Assembly: GCA_002269645.1 (NCBI GenBank)
Contig: NIVC01000064.1
Span: 558,001-622,000 of the forward strand
Direction: 5' to 3'
Length of the DNA stretch: 64,000 bases
Source of the DNA: Macrostomum lignano
Taxonomy: Eukaryota
The position numbers were made by a program, and so were the translations under genes. Shown one piece after another: positions 13,134-25,929 of the stretch (position 1 is the first letter of the stretch; each line of letters opens with the position of its first letter). The notes beneath the pieces were generated by a model. It had not been told where the DNA came from. It worked only from the letters and a program-made list of their open reading frames with translations, and made no database searches.

Positions 13134-14379
13134 TATACTAAGCAACATTGAAAAGTCGCCATCACAGAAGATTCGGTCTGTGGTCGCCACTTTTGAGAGT
13201 GCAGGTTAAAGTCTCTCAATCTTGCGAGTGACGCAACTCAGCTACGCCGCGGCAGACTCGAGTTGAGGAATGAAGTGGGGGGAGCGGTGTGCGAAGGTTA
13301 AACGGATTAAAACTACCCCGATTAGTTTTCTCACATCTTTTATTTCAGAATAGTCCAAGAGAAATTGCTCAGTAGCGAATAGAGTGGCTGTAGGGATCTC
13401 CAGATAAGATACAAAGTAGACTACTATAAGTAGCAACATAAAGATGCAAAAAACCTGAACGCTAAAAACTGCAAATTGTCACACTCTATTTTTAAGACCA
13501 CGAAAGCAACAAATGACCATCTTTTGCAACATTTAAATTTAGAACTCCGAATATGGTATCGGCGCTCAAAGCTAATGTATTCCATAGGGGTCAATTTCCA
13601 AAGCGCTAAACTGTCACCTACTAAAAATAATCTGTTGTTCAAGAATTTTTCCTATAAATACAAGCAAAAGTCCGAGCTAAAAATCTCAGACTCGGAGCAG
13701 CCTCTGAAGATCTTGGAGCTTGCTGCAACAGCTAAGCGAGGCTACATCTCTGAGGAACTACCTACCGTTCGGTAAGCTCTTGTTCGAGCCTTTGTTATTG
13801 AATTGATTTTTTGAGAGCGATTTATTGCCGGCCGTTACTGTTCAGTTGATTTCACTGAGACTATTGAATTTGAGGCCTCCAATTTTCCTAAGGGATTGGA
13901 TAGGATCTGCGGACCGATTCCGATACCCTTAGAGGATTATCGAGTTGATTGATTTGGTTATCCTAGATTAACCGATAGGAGCACACGACTCCGATTCTGT
14001 TAATTCTAGAAGAAGACGCCCCTCTTGGAGGACCTCGTTATTATTACAGAAAGTAGATTTTATTTTAAGGGCGTATCGTTGATATTGATTACTGAGTTTA
14101 AGGCCTATATTGATTTGCGTTCGAGAAATACTGCGACGTCGATTTAATTGTTGCGCTCTCACCTTCGGCCGATTCTAGACTTCAAGAAGACCACCCCGGG
14201 AGGAACAGCTCTACGGAGACGAGCTCTACAGACGCGCGCGACAAAGAAGAGGAGCCCGCAACAGTAAGTGATCACTGACTTTGTTCCCAGGCTTAAGTGT
14301 CTGGAAGTGGGAGTTTACGGGAGACTGATCACCTCCCGAATCAACTCTTCATGGCGACTTTTTAATGTTGCTGAGTATA
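13134..14379. mobile_element. Non-autonomous TIR DNA transposon at a TA(TA) site
   Basis: 29-bp inverted ends TATACTAAGCAACATTGAAAAGTCGCCAT / ATGGCGACTTTTTAATGTTGCTGAGTATA (2 mismatches); interrupts spacer sequence that is contiguous at ~24720-24790. Confidence 0.7.
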
Positions 14380-15979
14380 TATCAAGTATATCAGGTATCA
14401 GTACATGTATTGCATTTTTTGTCAAAAAGTAACAGTGCAATATCTATCTTAGAGATTTGCTGTGTACCTTTTTTCACGCATTTATTATTATTACATATTT
14501 TATCCTCTTACGTAGCTTTTTAATGAATGCATGGCGTAATGAATGGCATGATTAAAGCATTTTAAATTTCACGCCTCTTTTCTGCGAAACTGTAAATTGG
14601 TAAAAAATGGTAAATTTCTGATACGGCAACAGAGTGAAAGCAATTTTAATATTTCACTATTTCATACAAGTATCACTCAGCAAGTGCTGTACATCTTGTG
14701 AATTGTAGACTGGTGGAGCCTTTTTAGGCAACCTGTTCAATTTCCGCTAGAACTGGCTGTACTCGTAGATAATGCAAGAAGTGAAAACACAATAAAATAG
14801 AAGAAAGAATTTTCGGCATGTTTGAAATTTGTCATCAAACTGTGAGAGTGAAGAAGTCAGCTGTGTCAAGTTATTTTTTTAATTACGCCTAAGAACAGAA
14901 TAAGGAACAGGACTGAAATGGACACCGACCCGCGGTTGCAGCGAGGAGACGGAGGAGACGGCCCATTCCGCTAGCACCTGGTGGCCAAAAACTTCCACAG
15001 AAGTGATGTCGTTAAGGCGTAACCTGTCGGTCTCGCCTGCAGTGCCGTTCTCCTCACCAATAAGAGCTTCATGGCTCTTGTCAGCTCTCTTCACTTCTCT
15101 CCTCTCTACTCTCAGCTCTCTCCCACTCTCCCCTCTCCCGTCTAAGTAGCACTGTGCTGAGATCAGATCATTTGACAGCATCTCTGATTGGCTAGCTAAT
15201 TCGCTGAACAATAACTGCATCTGAAAGTTCGAATAACAGTTTCGCATTGAGCATCACGCACGCACAAGGCATCGAACTCATAGATACAGAAGAGTCTCAA
15301 TAACAATAACTAAAGTTGTATAAGTATTAAATTAGCTGAATTAGATGTTTAAGGCAGAAACAGATTCTTCGAGTTTACCATATGTATGATTTTATTGTCT
15401 CGAGCTAAAAAATTGGAGCTACAGTAGTATGAGACAAACCTGCTTGTATGTTCGCCTGTCCTCATTGACAATTATCATCGAGTTGTTGCATGTTAATCTT
15501 CTATTTCGAATTTGGAATATAGTGGCAGCAGACTACTCATTAGTAGGAACACTAAGCATTGACTAATGTAGGGATAATCTATTGATCTATCAATCTGAGA
15601 AGAGCGATCTGTAGGTTCTATGCATTCAATACTACTATAGCAATTGAATGAAATTGCAGATCAAAATCATCAATTGGCGTTCACCACACTATAGCAAGCC
15701 ATAGCAATGCCGTACTATTGTCGTACGGAGGCCACAATAGTTTCAATCGTTGTACTCCTTAACCCAGAACTGCATTTGCATACCAGACTGGATACTGGTT
15801 ACCAGTGCCCACTTACTCGATAAAGTCGAGTGCAAGCTACCCATATTCTACTCGATTTGCATAACTGTGACATCTGAAACTACATGGAGGAGTGACATAT
15901 AGGTTTTTATTTTTTCAAGCGTTATAGAGTCCACTAGCCAAGCTTGATGGATTGCTTTGGCTGAAACATCCGCCACGCA

Positions 15980-17593
15980 ATGACCTGGAGCTGGCTGCTT
16001 CTCACAGCTCCAGCGTTTGTCAGCCTCTTCATCATCAACTGCGAGGCTGCTCACCACTACTGCATCCAGGACAGCATCAAAGCGTTCTCAATGAACGCTG
16101 ACTCAGACCAGCCTGAGACTCTGCTCACCAACCACAGGGAGGTGAACGGACTCGTCTCATCGCAGCGATGCAGCTGGGAGGTGAGTCTGGGCCGCATGAC
16201 TCAGCCGCTGCAGCTCATGCTGTCGCTTCGTCTCGGCCACCGTCGACCAAGTGCTGCTGCCAGTGGACCCGGATGTCCGTCTGAGCTGACCGCGGAGCTG
16301 AAGGGTGAGTTATAGGGGCTCCGCAGCATTGATGGCAGCGACACGGAAGCAATCAGTATCAAATTAGGAATTAGGAGGCGGGCCTGCGAGAATTGCCACC
16401 TCAACTGAATAGCTTCTGTAGGGTGCCAGCTGCATAGGCACAAGTGAAGAGGCTACGATAGTCAGTGAACCATTCTGACGAACCTTCTTGTTTTTCTTCT
16501 TTGCCGTAGCCGTCATTTCTTCCTTCTTCTTGCCTTGAATACAGATATCTCCCTTCTGCCACGTCTGATGTCAGTAATATTCGAGCTTTGTCTGTTAGAC
16601 GATCTCCTCCACATGTTCTGGTTCCTATCCCTATACCTCCTCCATTTTTCTCGGAAACCAGACATTTGCCTTTTTCTCTTTTCATGAAATCCTTTGCACT
16701 CTTATGTAGCATTTCATTTCAAATGCTTTGAATGTCTCCACACTTCTCTTCCCCAGAGTTCAGCTCTCGCAACCACAGAGCAGTGTTACTCAAATGACCG
16801 CCTTTGTTAAGTTCATCAAGCATATCATTGAGCTGGTTGCGACGCCAATTCGAATTCTGATCGCTTCCTCCGATGTCCCATTCTCCGTGATGATTGATCA
16901 CAAATATTAAGATTTCTTCACGTGTTTTTTGACGACGCTTAGTAGATACTCATTCAGAAAAATTCACGTATCTCCGTAGGAGACAGCTGAGAGCTTCATT
17001 TTGCAGACTCTCGCAGACGAGACGAGGAGTGCAGTGCAATATCGATTGATCGTATATCGATAGTTAGAAAACTTTTCACAGAAGCAATATTTTTGCAAAG
17101 CAAAATCAATGAATTTAAAAGCACGTACTTAAAGAAATTGACTTCATATCGACTATTCACCGCTTAAAGATACGGAGTTCCGCAAGACCTGGAGAAATGG
17201 AATGAATCTTCCAAAGGCTCCATTGATCGTGTCAGTAATGCACAAGTGAGTTCCATAGTATAAACACTTTAAGCCTGTGGCTGATTATAAAATGCACTCT
17301 AGAGCTCGTAATGATGTCTACATGCCCAACTCTTCAACAGCTCGCAGCTGCTGACGGTCCGGTTCTCGACGGGCGACTTCGAGACAAGCGCGAGCTGCGG
17401 TCGCATCGAGCTGACCATCGCGGTGACCAAGAAGGGCTTCTGCGGCAGGCACATGCTGCTGCATCGGGGCCGCTGCCTCTTCATCTCCGACTCGGAGCTG
17501 CGGCTGTCGGATCTGAGCGGAACTGGAGTTGAGCTGGCTGCGATCTCTGGGATGGAGCAGCTGGATGAGCTGATGAGGGACAGTGAGTGCTGA
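15980..17593 (+). CDS. Receptor copy 3: signal peptide + CUB-like + half CTLD; exons C and D deleted (secreted form or pseudogene)
   Basis: ATG 15980 MTWSWLLLTAPAFVSLFIINCEA; exons 15980-16304, 17170-17245, 17341-17582. Read-through gives RDSEC* (stop 17591-17593). At ~17696 the VNTR joins directly to 3'UTR sequence homologous to ~1698 of copy 1, with AATAAA at 17711. Confidence 0.65.
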
Positions 17594-18344
17594 GCTGCTG
17601 CTCATGCTGGTCATTGCTCATGGGTACAGTGCTGAGCTGCTGCTCATGCTGGTCATTGCTCATGGGTAAAGTACTGAGTTGCTGCTCATACTGGTGTTAT
17701 CAGCAGGAGTAATAAACTAAACGCTAGGCAAGCCAAACAGCAAGTACTTTAACCAGTGTGACAGTGGGTCCACATAAGTCGCCAAAAAGAGATCTATCTT
17801 TTTGGATAAATTGGTACCATATTGGAGTTTAAACCTCCACAGCGAAGACCCACAGGGCTGATTTTGACTGCCTAATTGATTAATTTCTGCAATCCCTTGT
17901 GCAAGAACTTTCTATGCAAAATATAGCGCTTGCTTTGAGCATGCTTTGTTGTTTATAGTATATAGCTCGTACTTTTAGTACTTTATATAGTAATTGTCAG
18001 ATACATAATATTGATTAATATTGTTAATGCAAATAGCTGTGCGTATCCCTTTCTAGAAAGTTCAATAAATATCCAATACAGTATCGTACCGATATATCTA
18101 TGGTTGTTAGTTCATATCGCAAATACGCTAATACTTTAAGTGCCCCCCAAACTGCTCAATTTTTCATCTTGTGTATTTTTTTGTTAAAACTGATAAAATA
18201 TACTTAATTATAAGAAGCAAAATTCAACAGGTTATGGGCCCAGCCGAGGCCACTGCGAGTACTTCGATGTACTAGATCATTCTGGTAATCTGGTTCTTCG
18301 TGCCATCTGGAAACTTGATCGCTCGGTCGATCAGTTACGTTGCT

Positions 18345-21300
18345 ATGGCTGCAAGCGAAGAAAAATGACACATAGAGAAGCTCACGAAGGACAATTGGAT
18401 GACGTACCAAAATCCAAATGAAACATTGCTTAATCGCAAGAAGACTCTGGGGCATAGCTACAGGAGAAGATGTTCTTCAGCAAGACGCAAATGAAGCACG
18501 ACGCAATGAATTCAAGGAACAGCAACAGCGAGCAGCAGCAATGATAGTTCTGTCTCTCAGCAGTGAGTACATCTACCTTGTGACTACATGCGATGATGAT
18601 CCGAGGCAGATGTGGCAAATTTTATGTGGTCATTTCGAACGTGACTCGACTGCCAACAAGTTGTTTTTGAAGAAAAAACTATTTAGACTGCAGATGACTG
18701 ATGGGACTCCAGTTCAGGAGCACATTCGCTGTCTGAAGGAGTTAACTGACAAGCTGGTGTCCATTAATGCTGCTGTGTCTGACGAAGACCAGGTTGTGAT
18801 TCTTCTTAGCAGTCTACCTGACAGCTACAGTCATCTGGTTACGGCTCTGGAGACCCGAAAGGAAGAGGAGCTGACTTTGCTGACGGTTCAACAAGCACTG
18901 CTTAATGAAGAAATGAAACGAAGTGAAACTATGAAATACGAATCCCGTGATTCGGAATCTGCTCTTCGTGTTGACAAATTTAAGGGACGCAGACCAATTA
19001 AGTGCTACACATGTGGCAAGGAAGGACACTTCAGTAGAGAGTGCAGGTTCAACATGAGCAACAGGCAGCAAAACTCAAAATCGACTCTGCATAAAGCCAA
19101 AACTGCAGAAAGTACGAGTCATTCGAATCCGAACCTGGACAACGAGGTAGGCGATAGTGCCGCTACATTTCTTACCTCTGAAGAAACTGGTCCTCAGGAC
19201 ACAACTGCACGGTGGATAATTGAATCTGGTGCGACAAGATATATGACCTGTCAAAGGAATGCTCTAAAAGACTACACTGAATTCGATGAACCGGAAAATG
19301 TAGGGCTCGGAGACGGGCGAACAGTTCAAGCTTACGGAACTGGACGAGTGAACATCGTCACGAGACTTCCTGGTGGTGAGCGTTCTAACGCAGTACTTGG
19401 ATCTGTACTTTTCGTACCTAGACTAGCCTGCAATCTGTTCAGTGTACGTGCGGCTACACTTAAGAACAATGTCATTCAGTTTGGTCACACTAGGTGCTGG
19501 ATTTGAAACCAAACAGGGAAGCTAGTAGGCTTTGGAACACTTGTTGATCGATTGTACCAACTTGAGTGTGATGTAGATTGCAACTTAGCTACAGCTGCAG
19601 TAGCTACAGTAGCTGCAGTAGCTGCAGTAGCTACTTAGCTACAGCTGCAACTACAAAGTCAGAGCTCGAAACTGCCAATTTGTGGCATCAACGTCTAGGA
19701 CATCTCCACAGAAATCAACTCGAACAACTATTCAAGAAAAGGTACGTCGAGGGTACTGACACTTCCATTGTGAGTGATATGAATTTCTGTGAAGCGTGCG
19801 TTGAAGGAAAGGCGCATCGAAAGAATCACAAATCAGTGGGAGAAATTCGCTCATCAGAAGTACTGCAACTTGTGCACAGTGACATTTGTGGACCAATGCA
19901 GACGCAGTCTTTGGCAGGAATCGATTTTTTGCGACTTTCATCGATGACTTCTCTCGCATTGTGAAGGTCTATTTTCTGAAGACTAAGTCTGAAGTCTTCC
20001 AGAAGTTTAAGGAATTCGAAGCGCAGGTGACTAATGAGACTGAAAAAACAATAATACAATACGGTCGATACAATATGCCCTGAGGGCTACTGATTTCCCA
20101 TGAATCTATGACCCAGCAGAAGTTCAAAAAAGCAATCCTAGAAATCCTATCGCATTGTCTGCACAGTGTACAGGTATGCAATTAGTACAGTGACTTTAGT
20201 TGATATCGGTGTAGAATGAAACTAATCCATTCTGCCAGAGCCTCAGAAGTTGGCCTTCATGGCTGAGAATGGCCTCAGGCCAATCGCACGGAATCGAACC
20301 AACTATACATGCATAAATTTTCGCAAGAGGCAGCTGCTCAGCCTCTCAATTGCACTCTTGGGCTTCATCAGTTGTTTATTATTAAAGTGCAGCCGAGCTC
20401 TGGCAGACCATCTCAATTCTGTCCAGCTCTCGGCTGCAGCAACTCTCTGCATTTCGCATTCCTGTCACCTGCAGCCAGCAGCAACAGACAGGCTTGAGCC
20501 GCACTGAATGGCCTGAGAGCCATCAAATTCTGAGATGCGAGCATGGCAACAATGCCTTATTTATGACAAAAAGCAGTCTTGAGCTGTAGGGAGTGGTTGG
20601 TTAGAGAGGCCAGCTTAACCTCAAGCAGTAATTATCACTGCTCGCTCGCTATTCTCAGGCCAGCTCACCGCTCTGCCAGCCTCCCTGCAGTTTGGCAGAC
20701 TCCGGGGCAGCCAGCAGTGCAGAGCTCGGTCTGTTTTGAGTAGTGAGCTGGATGGAGCTGCATTCTAGCTAGACTTGTTTATTATCTCAGGCAGGAGTTG
20801 CCGGGGGGTTGGGTGGTTCGAGAGGCCAGTATGGGGTGATTGCGAACTCGAGCAGTTTTCTCTTTGCCGCCTTTTATCACGCCAGACTGTCGCACTGCGA
20901 GTGCTGAGCTGGGTGGGGCCGTTCCAGATGAAGGTTGGAGATTCAATTAGCGATGAGGCTGCCGAGATGAGCAGTGCAAAGCTGAGCTGTCTGAGGCTGC
21001 AGTGGCGGCTGCTCCCGAAAGAGTTGCAGCCCCAGCCTTGCACAATGGAGACTCTGCATTGTGCTTGAGCACCCTGCCTGCCCCCTCACTGCACCTTCGC
21101 TTCTGTGCTCAGAGATGACGGGCGGAGGCTGAGCTGCCAGCCAGCTGCACTTTTTTGATAGTTTAGCGCTTTCTCGAAGCATGAGAAAACAAGCGTTTAT
21201 TGAGCGGATTCTGCATGATCTGAGCTGGGATCTTATAGAGAGTAGAGAAGCTGAGCTGTCGAGTTGACAAATCTCAGCAGTGAAATGCTAAAGTGCCGGT

Positions 21301-23937
21301 CACCAAATTCAAAATGCAATAAAAAAGCCAGGCAGCCGCAGTGCACAGATAAACCGTGTGAAATCCAAAATCAGCCTACATGTGAGTCCCACACTGTCCT
21401 GGGCAGGCCGAGAGCTGGACAGAATTGAGATGGTCTGCCAGAGCTCGGCTGCACTTTAATAATAAACAACTGATGAAGCCCAAGAGTGCAATTGAGAGGC
21501 TGAGCAGCTGCCTCTTGCGAAAATTTATGCATGTATAGTTGGTTCGATTCCGTGCGATTGGCCTGAGGCCATTCTCAGCCATGAAGGCCAACTTCTGAGG
21601 CTCTGGCAGAATGGATTAGTTTCATTCTACACCGATATCAACTAAAGTCACTGTACTAATTGCATACCTGTACACTGTGCAGACAATGCGATAGGATTTC
21701 TAGGATTGCTTTTTTGAACTTCTGCTGGGTCATAGATTCATGGGAAATCAGTAGTTTTCAGGGCATATTGTATCGACCGAATTCTCTCTTCAGGGGAGGC
21801 GTGGGAGGAGAGTACATGTCGAAGGAATTTTCTGCGTTTTTACTTGCAAAAGGAATTCGACACGAAATTTCGGTTGCCCACACACCAGAACAGGACGGTG
21901 TTGCTGAAAGAATGAACCGTACTCTCATCGAATCTGCTAGAACAATGATAACTCATGCTGGTCTTAGCAAATTGATGTTTATTGGGCAGAAGCCATCAAC
22001 ACAGCCGCGTATATCCGCAACAGAGTCCCGACAAACTCGGTAGCGCCAATGATGACACCCTACGAAAGATGGTGTGGACGAAAGCCAAACATCTCACACC
22101 TTCGAACGTTTGGCTGTGTAGCTTATGCTCACATTCCTACAGTAGAGAGACAAAAACTTGATAAGAAGACTACCAAGCTTAGATTCGTTGGCTACAGTGA
22201 CAATCAAAAGGGCTACAGATTGTTTGACGAAAGAACTAGGAACACAGTTGTTCGTTACGATGTCATCTTCAATGAGGGAGACTTCGGAAAGTTGAATGAT
22301 TTCCAGCCGAACAATGAAAAGATAAATTCACATATGGAAGTGAACCTCGACTAGCACAACAGCCGAACAACTCCGAATGAAGAAATTGAAACTGAAATCC
22401 AACAAATTCTGCCAACGACCACGCGACAAAGGAAAACCCCAGAGCGTTTTCAATACAATGAGAACTTCGAAGTAGCTAGCCTAAGTACAACAGAGCCACA
22501 ACATCGTGCTTTTCGAGCTATGGAGATTTTGGAACCCAGATTGATTGACGAGGCTTGGAGTTGTGACAATGCGAAGGAATGGAAAGAAGTAACAGACTCG
22601 GAATACAACTCTCTGATAGAAAATGATACGTGGGAATTAGTTTCTCTTACAGAAGGACGAAAGACTGTTGGCTGCAAGTGGGTATTCAAAGTGAAGCATG
22701 ACAGCTGCGGAAACATTGAACGATTCAAAGGACGCCTGGTTGCCAAAGGGTATTCTCAACAACCTGGAGTGGATTATGACGAGACGTTTTCTCCTGTGGT
22801 AAGATTCTCATCAGTCTGCAAGCTGAAAAGATCGCTATATGGTCTAAAGCAATCACCCCGGTGTTGGAACAAGGCCCTCTGTGATTACCTAATCTCGATT
22901 GGATTCAAGGAAAGTGGAGCAGACCAATGTGTGTTCACTCGCAAACTTGGAAAAATGTCAATCATTGCGGTTTATGTTGACGACTTGGTGATGGCTACTG
23001 ATACTATGGATGAAATGCAGAGTATCAAGGAGGAATTCACTCGACGATTCAAGATGAAAGATATGGGAGAGCTTCATTACTGTTTAGGAGTGACAATAGT
23101 GATTGACTCAGAGAGACGATTTCTTCAACTTCATCAGAAGCAATACATTATGCAACTACTGAAGAAGTTTAAAATGTTGGAAGCAAACCCAGCCACAACC
23201 CCAATGGATTCAAGCGTCAAGCTCGTTGAAAACGATGGCTACAGCAAATTCGTGGATCCAAAGGCCTATCAATCAATTGTAGGCAGCCTATTGTACGCAG
23301 CGATCGCTACACGGCCAGACATTGCTCAAGCAGTGGGAGCAGTATCGAAATTCAATTCCAAACCAACTGAGGCTCATCTCACCGCTGCCAAGAGAATTCT
23401 TCGATACCTGAAAGGCTCATCGGACGTCGTTCTGAAATATGAGAAGTCTCGAAGTAACGAGATCATTGGCTACTCAGACGCTGATTGGGCGTCGGACTTG
23501 GATAGCAGACGCTCAGTCACTGGAAGTGTCTTCATTATGGCCGGTGGAGCAGTAACATGGTTAAGTCAAAAGCAAACCACGGTGGCGTTGTCAACGACAG
23601 AAGCTGAGTACATGGCCCTTGCGTCTGCGACACAGGAGGCAATATGGCTTCGTCGACTTGTAAGCGATTTGGGTGCCAATGCCACTGGGTCAACTGTAAT
23701 TAAGGAAGACAATCAAGGAGCCATTGCAATGTAAAAAATCCGATTCGACACAAGCGGACAAAGCATATTGACATCCGCTATCATTTTATTCGAGATGCTA
23801 TTCAAGCTGGTACTGTGAAACTGGAATATTGTCCGACAAAGGAAATACTGGCGGACATTCTGACAAAGCCAATTCCCAGGCATCAGTTTGAAAATCTGCG
23901 ATAAATGCTTGGTATTAAGTGTATGGATATGAATTGA
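18345..23937 (+). pseudogene. copia gag-pol: Gag, zinc knuckle, protease, integrase, RT, RNase H (stops, frameshifts, insertion)
   Basis: CYTCGKEGHFSREC; WIIESGAT; LWHQRLGH; VHSDICGP; FIDDFSR; GGEY..PEQDGVAERMNRTL; KGRLVAKGYSQ; LYGLKQ; YVDD; YSDADWA; EAEY; EDNQGA; TKHIDIRYHF; order PR-IN-RT-RH. Confidence 0.92.
20062..21779. mobile_element. Non-autonomous element with 373-bp TIRs nested in the copia integrase
   Basis: 20062-20434 is the reverse complement of 21407-21779 (CGGTCGATAC...; only a GGG/AAA mismatch seen); splits integrase between ..ETEKTI and ..GGEY; no clear TSD. Confidence 0.85.
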
Positions 23938-25896
23938 AGTAACTGGAGTAACTGAAGTAACTAATGTCATTGTCATCCATTTTTAATATCAGAGACTACT
24001 TCGCTCCTTCACCGGATAAAGTACACGATAGAAAAATACTGAAGCTGAGTGGCCAGTGAGCGAACCTGGAGCAAACACTTCACTATTTATCATAGTCAGC
24101 TCTTGTCCCGTTCTGTGACTGTTATTTTCCTCTCTGTTTGTAGTTCAGATGAAGAACGAATCGTAAATTTTTCTCGAGTTTCCGTATACATGTGCTGCAT
24201 GTACAGCTTTCCCATTGTGTATTTTTACGACGGTTACTTTATGTAATAAAACTATTCAACATTTAAGAAAACCGACCCTGCACCCGCCTTCTGATTGCCT
24301 ATCAAAAAGTCAAATATGATACGAGTATACATTGGCAACTGAAAGCATGCGCATACGGATGGGCCATAGAACAATGCTTTTAAACGAGCCTCATACTTTT
24401 TTCGCCATGAATTGGCTCGTTTCCGGTCCTGAGTTATCAAGTTGTCCTTGGTGCCCCCCCAAACTGCTCAATTTTTCATCTTGTGTATTTTTTTGTTAAA
24501 ACTGCTAAAATATACTTAATTATAAGAAGCAAATTTCAACATGCTTGTCATGACATCTGTTTAACTGCCTCGATCACTGAACACGCAATACAAATTTTAA
24601 TTTTCTAGCTTTTTCTGGTCGTTTTTGTTGCTCTTCGTTTTCTTTTGTCTTTGCCTGCACTTTAATTACATAAAATTCAGCGTGACCTAAACTAATAAAC
24701 CTTTTCTAAACAAATCAACAATGTTTATTCAGATGAAAAATCGACATGATTTATATCAAGCACCAGTATTGCGTTTTTTGTCAAAAGTAACAGTGATATA
24801 TTATCTTAGAAATTTGCTTTGTACATATTATTCACGAATATATGTATTATTTATTTTATCTTCTTGTGTAGCCTTGAAGGTATGAATAAAGCTTTTTAAA
24901 TTTTATGCTTTGTCTGCCGAACTATGAATCTTTTTAATATTTCATTATTAAATATATCACTCAGCAAGTGCTGTACATCTTGTGAGTTGATGGATAGATT
25001 AGTTGTGAGAGTGAAGAAGTCATGAGCTGTGTCAAGCCATTTTAAAAATTATGCCTGAAAACACTAAATAAAGAACAAGATTGAAAATCCTGAGTTTATC
25101 AAAATTCTACTCTGCTACCTTACTTCAGGAAGATACGAACCTCTTGACTTAGCTGCAGGGTCATCGACCCGCGTTTTGCAACGAGGATGCGGAGGAGACC
25201 GCCCACTCCGCTGGCACCTGGTGACCAAAAACTTCTATGGAAGTGATGTCGCTCAGGGGGAACCAACCCGTCGGTGTCGTCTGCAGCGACGTCCTTCTCA
25301 GCAATAAGAGCCTCAGTTGCAATCTTTCGGCGGCGGTCCGACTAAAGTGCATCTGCCCGTAGTTCACCAAACGGCAGTGCCCGTCGAATGTTGCGTACTT
25401 GGCTGGTGCAAGAGTCCTACTTTCTTACGACGTACATGTATCTATCAGTTTCATTCCATACCTGGCGACAAACCAAGCTCAGAACAGGTGTGTGTTGGGG
25501 AATCGTTAAGTTTATGCTCCAAAAGCTGAGGGCTTACTATTGCATTGTAGATACTCGAGATCCTATAGCTAGATAAAAATACGAATTTTCTATCTTGATG
25601 TACTGCGATGTTCCTAGAGGAATCGCTAAAGCAAGCAAGCGAGACAAGGCAGCGGAAAAACACGTTAGTTATGAATAGCACTTATGCACTTCCAAAATAC
25701 TAACTGGCACACAATATTCAGCAAAAAACTATTGCCGATGCTACTATAAGCACATGTAAAAACAACAATTAGATGCTTATGCTAAAAAACAGTCAATTAC
25801 AATTACCAGTCAGTCAATGCAGCAGCCATTAATTCACCCGGAAAAGATTGGAGGCAGCTGTCTTGCAATTATCTGCATAAGAGGCGTTATCACCGT

Positions 25897-25929
25897 TTGT
25901 TTTTGTTGTTTTTGTTGTTGTTGTTGTTG
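25897..25929. repeat. (TTG)n microsatellite
   Basis: Direct inspection. Confidence 0.9.

Larger units (their letters stand above)
17947..24541 (+). mobile_element. Ty1/copia LTR retrotransposon, degenerate, with truncated 3' LTR
   Basis: TSD TGCTT (17942-17946, 24542-24546); termini TGTTG...CAACA; 5' LTR 17947-18229; PBS GGTTATGGGCCCAG (18230-18243, copia-type tRNAiMet-fragment PBS); only the last ~90 bp of the LTR present at 24451-24541. Confidence 0.92.

Noticed and set aside
16345-17150. Minus-strand ORFs in intron 1 of copy 3 (16401-16712, 16719-16901)
   Set aside because: Probably a decayed element, but no recognisable motif or termini; cannot be supported.
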